A program made the translations under genes and the position numbers. The notes below the pieces were generated by a model. The model was not told the origin of the DNA, made no database searches, and was given only the letters and a program-made list of their open reading frames with translations. From an uncultured Candidatus Poseidoniales archaeon (GTDB lineage Archaea > Thermoplasmatota > Poseidoniia > Poseidoniales > Poseidoniaceae), in assembly GCA_964526385.1 (NCBI GenBank), contig CAZGJD010000001.1, positions 86,355-150,354 of the forward strand: a stretch of DNA of 64,000 nucleotides, given 5' to 3'. How positions within the stretch are numbered: position 1 is the stretch's first letter; each line of letters begins with the position of its first letter. Positions 57,765-64,000 of this stretch are shown here, in pieces.

Positions 57765-59406
57765 ATTTATTATAAAATTCAAGATAATCTTGAATCATTC
57801 GATTCCCGGTGAAATTCGACGACGCTACTATACTACTTTTCATGATGTTAGCCCAGTTATCTATACTTGATTCCCAAACAGGTAAAACTTCATTTTCGAT
57901 CACGTTGTATAGATTATTTGCATCTCTGATGTCGTTTCTATCGTCTTCTGCTGAACCAATCGCCCAACCATTTTTTCCATGAATACATGCTTCAGGCCAC
58001 CAGCCATCTAAGATTGAACAATTTGGTACGCCATTCATTGCTGCTTTCATGCCTGATGTACCAGACGCCTCCATCGGCCTTATTGGATTGTTTAACCAGA
58101 TATCAACTCCACTTGTCATATCTAATCCAATTTGCATGTCATAGTCTTCTAAGAACGCTACTGGTATTGAAGATTCAATATTTGATGCAGACTCGAAGAT
58201 ACTTCTAATCAAATCTTTACCACCATTGTCCCTTGGATGAGCTTTTCCTGAAAATACGAATTGTATTTTATCTGCTCCGATATTAGTCAACCTCTCTAGA
58301 TCATGAAAAACCAAATTTGCTCTTTTGTAAGTTGCAAATCTTCTAGCGAAACCAATCGTTAATCGATCTTTGAACAATTCAACGCCTGTATCATTTTTTA
58401 CTCTATTTCTAAGCAGTTCTCTCGCCTGTTCTCTGTATTTTACTAATTCATGATTGGGCAAATTATTTGCATTTTGTAAAAGGTTCGGGTTTTCCTTCCA
58501 ACCAGGAATGAATTTATCGAACAGTGTCGACATACTATCTGATGTCCATGTCATGTGATGTACGCCATTTGTTATTGGCGTGATTACTCTATTTGCAAAC
58601 ATAGTTGAAGCAACCTCTGCATTTAGTTTAGAAACAGCATTTACTGATGTACAAAGACCTACGGCTAAGTGCGACATGGAACATCGATTTCCATTCTCAG
58701 AATCGCCAGCAATTTTTACTAATTCAATGGCGTCTTGTGGTAATTTGTCACCAATAATATGCCGCACTAAGTCCCAATCAAACCTATCATGTCCGGCTGG
58801 AACTGGAGTGTGTGTTGTAAATAGTGTATGATCGCTGAGATATTGGCGAGTCCAACCTTTTTCTAGTAATTCCAACAAGGCAAAAGTACAGTGTCCTTCA
58901 TTTAGATGGATTCCAGATAGCACTTCATCGATGAAGTCAAATAATTTTACTCCTCCAACACCGAGAATATATTCTTGACGAATTCTAGTATTATCATCTC
59001 CCCCGTACAATCTTCCGCTAAGGGAACAGTGTTCAGGAGTGTTATCTTCATGGAACGTGTCCAAAAAATACACAGGTACGACATGACCTGAAATTCCTTC
59101 AATTTCAACCTTCCAAACGGATATTTTGATTTGAGTATTATCCAAATTGAGGCTAAACTCTATACTGGTTTTTGTCATATGTTGATTTGGGTCAAGATTT
59201 GGAAATGTCTCAGTTTGGTTACCGAGATTATCCAATTGTTGCGTACCATAACCCTCTCTGTACAGCAAAGTAACTCCAACGAGTGGAATTCCAGCATCGG
59301 CAGCGGATTTCACATGGTCACCAGCCAATACACCCAATCCCCCAGAGTAGGTTTTCAAATCCGACCAAAGACCAATCTCTGCCGTAAAATAGCCTATCTT
59401 CCCCAT
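57757..59406 (-). CDS. glgP: Alpha-glucan/maltodextrin phosphorylase (GT35)
   Basis: YSGGLGVLAGDH, HLNEGH, FTTHTPVPAGHD, ITNGVH, FARRFATYKRA, EASGTSGMK (PLP Lys). Confidence 0.95.
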   Translation of the reverse strand: MGKIGYFTAEIGLWSDLKTYSGGLGVLAGDHVKSAADAGIPLVGVTLLYREGYGTQQLDNLGNQTETFPNLDPNQHMTKTSIEFSLNLDNTQIKISVWKVEIEGISGHVVPVYFLDTFHEDNTPEHCSLSGRLYGGDDNTRIRQEYILGVGGVKLFDFIDEVLSGIHLNEGHCTFALLELLEKGWTRQYLSDHTLFTTHTPVPAGHDRFDWDLVRHIIGDKLPQDAIELVKIAGDSENGNRCSMSHLAVGLCTSVNAVSKLNAEVASTMFANRVITPITNGVHHMTWTSDSMSTLFDKFIPGWKENPNLLQNANNLPNHELVKYREQARELLRNRVKNDTGVELFKDRLTIGFARRFATYKRANLVFHDLERLTNIGADKIQFVFSGKAHPRDNGGKDLIRSIFESASNIESSIPVAFLEDYDMQIGLDMTSGVDIWLNNPIRPMEASGTSGMKAAMNGVPNCSILDGWWPEACIHGKNGWAIGSAEDDRNDIRDANNLYNVIENEVLPVWESSIDNWANIMKSSIVASSNFTGNRMIQDYLEFYNKFI

Positions 59407-59453
59407 GTATCGCTCCGAGTTTAATTTAGGTTATCATTAATGCGGACAGATAA

Positions 59454-60698
59454 TCAAATCAATTGGTCCCAAGCAAATTTCCAATTCCAATTTCCTGTTG
59501 GCACTCCAGGGGTATTCATCCTTGATTTTGAATCCAGATTTAGCATATCTTGCATTGGAATAACTATCAAATTGGAACGACTAGATTGCGCAATTCGAAT
59601 CATAGTTTGATTGATCGTTTCGCCTTTTAGTTTTAATTTATTGACATTTTCAATGATTTCTGAGGTTGCATCATTCCACCAACCAATTGTTGTATCGTTA
59701 TCATGAGTAGCGATGTAACAAATTTGGTCTTCTTGGACATTTTTTGGGTTATTTGGATTTTTGGACAAGTCCCCTTCAAACCCAAAGTGCAAAACAACCA
59801 TGCCACGTAACTCATTCCTTTTTCTGAGATCTACAACCTCTTGGGGAATGATTCCTAAATCTTCAACGATTATTTTTTCATTTGAGCCAGCAACTTCTAT
59901 AATTTGTTTCAACAAATCATCCTTTGGGCCATCCTGCCAATGACCATTTCTCGCATCTTCATCTTCAACAGGAACTGCCCAATTTGAATGAATTGCTCTG
60001 AAGTGGTCAATCCTAATCATATCAAATAATCTTAGACTACGCTCAATACGCTCTCTCCACCAACGCCACCCATCCTCCTCATGAGCCTTCCAATCGTAAA
60101 GTACGGTTCCCCATTTTTGTCCAAATTCACTAAAATAATCAGGTGGCACTCCCGAAACATATTTTGGCATACCATTTTTGTCAAGCTGGAATAAATCTCG
60201 ATTTGCCCAAACATCTGCAGAATCGTGTGCAACAAAAATAGGTAAATCTCCGAATAGTTCGATGTCTGAATCATAGGCGAGATTTTTCAATTTATTCCAT
60301 GAATTTTGGAACATTTTTTGTTCTCGTATGTATCGAAGGGACTTTTGCTCCCATTTTTTTAATTCATTGGCATCCCTATCTCGTAATTTTTCTGGCCATT
60401 TATACCACGGTAAGCCGTTTTGACCATCTTTAATTGCGCAGTATAATGCCCAATCTTTTATCCAATAATCTTCTGATACTAACTCTTCTTCTTCATTTGA
60501 AAATGTAATCTCACCCCAGCCAGCAAAGGCCGAGGTAGAAGAATATGGTGACGAATATTGGTCTGGAGGGTTGATGGGTAGCATTTGCCAAATGCTGAAA
60601 TTATTCTTTCTCATCCAATCTAGGAATTTTTTGCACCCCTCTAAACTGAAATCGGGTAACGATGTTACATGGCATAGCACACAATTCCTCTTTGCCAT
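59454..60698 (-). CDS. malQ: 4-alpha-glucanotransferase (amylomaltase, GH77)
   Basis: WQMLP, SPYS..SAFAG, GDLPIFV..DSADVW, GVPPDYFS..GQ.WG, RIDHFR, EDLG, THDN, RMNTPG..GNW.W. Confidence 0.95.
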   Translation of the reverse strand: MAKRNCVLCHVTSLPDFSLEGCKKFLDWMRKNNFSIWQMLPINPPDQYSSPYSSTSAFAGWGEITFSNEEEELVSEDYWIKDWALYCAIKDGQNGLPWYKWPEKLRDRDANELKKWEQKSLRYIREQKMFQNSWNKLKNLAYDSDIELFGDLPIFVAHDSADVWANRDLFQLDKNGMPKYVSGVPPDYFSEFGQKWGTVLYDWKAHEEDGWRWWRERIERSLRLFDMIRIDHFRAIHSNWAVPVEDEDARNGHWQDGPKDDLLKQIIEVAGSNEKIIVEDLGIIPQEVVDLRKRNELRGMVVLHFGFEGDLSKNPNNPKNVQEDQICYIATHDNDTTIGWWNDATSEIIENVNKLKLKGETINQTMIRIAQSSRSNLIVIPMQDMLNLDSKSRMNTPGVPTGNWNWKFAWDQLI

Positions 60699-60750
60699 GG
60701 GTGAAAAATTATGGAGAAAGTCTTTGAATTTATCAGTATTGAGTTACAAC

Positions 60751-63700
60751 ATGAAGGGAAAGTCTTTGTTAATTTGCGCTATTTTTTTGTGTTCTTTATT
60801 TACACAGATTGCTTCCGCTGTAACGCCTAATGACATCAATGTTGATGGTTCCCTGAATGAATGGCAAGCAGATACTTTGATGGAAACTGATTCTAATGAT
60901 GTGAAGTTCCATCTGAACTGGAATGAGACACATCTTTTCATTGCTTGGGATGGAACTGACTGGAGTTCAACAACCGAAGGTGCCGACCTCTTTGTATACT
61001 TCAACACTAGCGAAGGTGGTTCCATTTTGTCCAAGAATTGGGGCTTCGCTCATACACTTCCATTTGCAGCAGACCACGGATTTGTTCTCGAAGATGATTC
61101 ATACTATCAGCACATTATGTATGATGGTTCAACATGGACAGACCAGAACTCAAACATTGAAATTTACACAGGATGGAGTGATAACAAAGTAACAGAGATA
61201 GCAATTTCATTTGCGGATTTGGGTAATCCGCAAAGTTTCCAGATTCTGGCATACGCCCAATGGCAAGATGCTGGTAATGTTTGGACTTCTTTCCCATCTC
61301 AAAATGCCGCCAACAGTAATGGCGCCGAAACATTCTCTCACGTATGGCATATCGACAACATCAACAACATCACATCCCCAAACCTGTCGCCAATAATTCA
61401 GCCAGCAACTGAAGGTAAGGTTTCAGATGCACTTAATCTTGCTATTGTTTTTCACCAACATCAGCCGTATTACAAAAATAAGTTAACCGGCATGTATGAA
61501 ATGCCGTGGGTCAGAGTTCATGCAATGACTGAATACGTTGATTCACCTGGGATATTAGCAGATACAAATACCAAGGTCACATACAACCTAGTTCCATCAT
61601 TTATCGAACAATTAGTTGATTATCATGAAGAAGAAACTCTCGATGTACACACCGATATTGCAAAGCGCTCATGGGCTACTGGAGGATATCCAAACGCTAC
61701 TGATTTGGAACTCCATACAATGCAATTTCAATCCTTTTGGAATAGTGGATGGATATACAATGTATCACAAAACGATGATAAGTTAGGGTGGCTGTATCCC
61801 TCAAGTTCAAAATACAAAGAATTGTATGACGCAACCCTACATAATCTGAAGCCTGCAACAATCATGGATGATGATTTGTTACCACCTCAGGATTTTCTTG
61901 ATTTACAGGTTCTATGGTATCTTTACCAATTTTCTCCAGATTATGTTTTAGGTGAATACAATCAAAGTCATAGGGACCAAGGCCTGATCGACCTTTTCAT
62001 GCAAAATGGGAATTATGAACTTCAGGATCTTGAGTATGTTCTGAATGCACAACATTCTCACATGGGTAATGTTTTACCAATGTATAGCGAGCTTGCTCAA
62101 AATGGACAGGTAGAATTGACAACTACTCCGTATTATCATCCAATTATGCCATTACTAATGATGGAAGGTTGGACTATGGAGGATGGAATTCGAGTTAACA
62201 AAGAGGCATGGCCCGAAGATGTCCAGATGCATTTGACTACGGGAATGGATTTGTTCGAGCAAGAGCTTGGCTTCAGACCAACGGGAATGTGGCCAAGCGA
62301 AGAAGCGGTTTCGCCAGAGATGGTTGAGCCTGTGAGCGATGTTGGGATTCAGTGGATGGTGACCGATGAAGAGATACTGAAAAAATCAACAGACCTTAAC
62401 GGACAGATGGTTGATGTAGACGACCCCACAAATTTAGCAACCCCTTGGACAGTAACCGGTGCTGAGGGAGGAGAAGTAGCTGTAATATTCAGAGACCGAG
62501 TAATTTCAGATAGAATTGCATTCCAATATGGCACAATGACCCCAGAGGCTGCTGTTTCTGATTTCATATCATATCTCGATAATGTACGCCAAGAATTGTT
62601 GGACGCAGGAGAAGACCCTTCTGAACATCTACTTACCGTTGCGCTTGACGGTGAAAACTGGATGTTCATGTCTGAATTCCAGTACCAAGATAACGCTAGA
62701 CCTTTCATGGCAGAATGGTATAGCAGACTATCAACACATCCAACAATCATCACCACAACACCCTCAGAATTCTTGGAGAAGGGAACAGATTTACCAGAAA
62801 TTGGAACTATAGGTACTGGTTCATGGATTGACGGAACGCTTCGAACATGGGCTGGAGAAGAGGAAGAAAGCTTAGCATGGCAACGATTGGTTGAAGCGAG
62901 GCAACAACTGGTTGCATTCGAAGAAGAAAATCCAAACGACCCTGGTCTTGATGCGGCTTGGGAATCCCTCTACATCGCCGAAGGTAGCGATTGGTATTGG
63001 TGGTATGGACTTGACCAAGATAGTGGTTATGATGAGAATTGGGACGTCCTTTTCAAAGTACATCTTTCTAACATTTATCGAGCAGTCAACTTAGAATTAC
63101 CTCCCTACCTACAAGAATTATGGACAAACCCAGCTGTACCAAATCCCTCAGCTAGTGGCATCATTGAGCCAATGATCGATGGCATAGCCCTACCCGGTGA
63201 ATGGGATGGTGCCGCTAGATATGATGCGCCTGTTTCTGGGGGAGATTTCGACATCGATGAATTCTACATTGGGTATGATGCGACTAACGTATTTTTGCGA
63301 GTGGACGCAAAAACGCCTGATGAATTATCCACAAATACTCCTCAAGGAAAGCAGGCGGACCTTGCTATTTACTTCATGCAACCAAATGCAGTTAACTTTA
63401 ATGAGGCCGAAACAAATTTCAGAACTTACTATGGAAACCAAATCCTCGGTTTCCCAGCCAAATATATGGTAGCCTTTGATTTTGAAAACATAAGAGAAGA
63501 TGGAAGGGCAAAGTGGAATCTATTCACGGCAAAAGGTAAATCAGGAGACAAAGAACAATGGGTTCTTTCAGGAAGTTCATCATTAGGTGCATGTGCAGCA
63601 AGAGATGTCTATGAATTCTCAATACCTTGGTCAGATATTGGACTTGCCCCAAGATATTCGACTCGAGTGAAAGTTGTTTCCTCATGGGCTGAGTCTCTGT

Positions 63701-64000
63701 CATATGGGGATGGTGAAGACATGGAAATCGCACCACCTGCTCCATCCGAGTTAGTACTTCCTGACTTAGAGGAATGGGTGACATTATTAGAATTACAAGA
63801 TGCAACCGGCGACGAGAATGGTGATGGTGACTATGTTTACCCGTTGGCGAGTGATTTCGCAACTCCAAATGGTGGAGGTTTATGGGACGCACAATCGCTA
63901 ACCATCAGACAAAGCGCTTGGAATGCTCAATTCATAATAGAAATGGGAGAAATGACTGACATTTGGAGCTTAAGCAACGGATTTAGCCATCAAATCGTTC
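60751..64000 (+). CDS. apu: Secreted GH57 amylopullulanase with glucodextranase/DOMON-like domains; runs off the window and is absent from the ORF track
   Basis: Hand translation of frame +1 from ATG 60751: signal MKGKSLLICAIFLCSLFTQIASA; FHQHQPYY (61450), WVRVHA, TTPYYHPIMPL, GMWPSEEAVS (nucleophile), ALDGENW (acid/base), SWIDG, AEGSDWYWWYG, DENGDGDYVYP. No stop seen. Confidence 0.9.
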   Translation, partial: MKGKSLLICAIFLCSLFTQIASAVTPNDINVDGSLNEWQADTLMETDSNDVKFHLNWNETHLFIAWDGTDWSSTTEGADLFVYFNTSEGGSILSKNWGFAHTLPFAADHGFVLEDDSYYQHIMYDGSTWTDQNSNIEIYTGWSDNKVTEIAISFADLGNPQSFQILAYAQWQDAGNVWTSFPSQNAANSNGAETFSHVWHIDNINNITSPNLSPIIQPATEGKVSDALNLAIVFHQHQPYYKNKLTGMYEMPWVRVHAMTEYVDSPGILADTNTKVTYNLVPSFIEQLVDYHEEETLDVHTDIAKRSWATGGYPNATDLELHTMQFQSFWNSGWIYNVSQNDDKLGWLYPSSSKYKELYDATLHNLKPATIMDDDLLPPQDFLDLQVLWYLYQFSPDYVLGEYNQSHRDQGLIDLFMQNGNYELQDLEYVLNAQHSHMGNVLPMYSELAQNGQVELTTTPYYHPIMPLLMMEGWTMEDGIRVNKEAWPEDVQMHLTTGMDLFEQELGFRPTGMWPSEEAVSPEMVEPVSDVGIQWMVTDEEILKKSTDLNGQMVDVDDPTNLATPWTVTGAEGGEVAVIFRDRVISDRIAFQYGTMTPEAAVSDFISYLDNVRQELLDAGEDPSEHLLTVALDGENWMFMSEFQYQDNARPFMAEWYSRLSTHPTIITTTPSEFLEKGTDLPEIGTIGTGSWIDGTLRTWAGEEEESLAWQRLVEARQQLVAFEEENPNDPGLDAAWESLYIAEGSDWYWWYGLDQDSGYDENWDVLFKVHLSNIYRAVNLELPPYLQELWTNPAVPNPSASGIIEPMIDGIALPGEWDGAARYDAPVSGGDFDIDEFYIGYDATNVFLRVDAKTPDELSTNTPQGKQADLAIYFMQPNAVNFNEAETNFRTYYGNQILGFPAKYMVAFDFENIREDGRAKWNLFTAKGKSGDKEQWVLSGSSSLGACAARDVYEFSIPWSDIGLAPRYSTRVKVVSSWAESLSYGDGEDMEIAPPAPSELVLPDLEEWVTLLELQDATGDENGDGDYVYPLASDFATPNGGGLWDAQSLTIRQSAWNAQFIIEMGEMTDIWSLSNGFSHQIV

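Noticed and set aside
60744-63892. Short track ORFs (60744-, 60923+, 61115-, 61211+, 62349-, 62582+, 62872-, 62891+, 63197+, 63524-)
   Set aside because: All are shadow frames of the long GH57 ORF in frame +1.
1-64000. tRNA, rRNA, SRP RNA, CRISPR arrays, IS elements, integrases
   Set aside because: Spacers are all under about 160 bp and mostly AT-rich. No cloverleaf, repeat-spacer array or transposase motif was seen by eye. A tRNAscan/Infernal run would confirm.

Overview
Densely packed chromosomal segment of an archaeon. Gene content and protein style point to Thermoplasmatota, probably Marine Group II (Poseidoniales); this assignment is inference. About 57 CDSs were called, and no tRNA, rRNA, CRISPR or mobile element was recognised. 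Core genes: tal, proS, srp54, trkAH, rfcL, glyS, a very long Lhr, an archaeosortase, tiaS, purB, dph6, the proteasome-exosome superoperon, rps12-rps7-EF2, isoprenoid genes (UbiD-type decarboxylase, IPK, IDI1-GGPPS fusion, thiolase, DUF35-like), kptA, coaBC and trmY. Most notable: (1) an actin that resembles magnetosome MamK rather than MreB, flanked by two uncharacterised zinc-finger proteins; (2) a bacterial-type delta-9 acyl desaturase between rps7 and EF-2; (3) a >13 kb alpha-glucan utilisation locus with a MalE-MalF fusion, MalG, a short MalK, an anchored GH13, a phosphorylase, MalQ and a >1080 aa GH57 amylopullulanase that is missing from the ORF track; (4) a Get3/ArsA-alpha-crystallin fusion directly upstream of srp54; (5) all ten convergent gene junctions have 2 bp or less of spacer. 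All homology calls come from recalled motifs, not from database searches.
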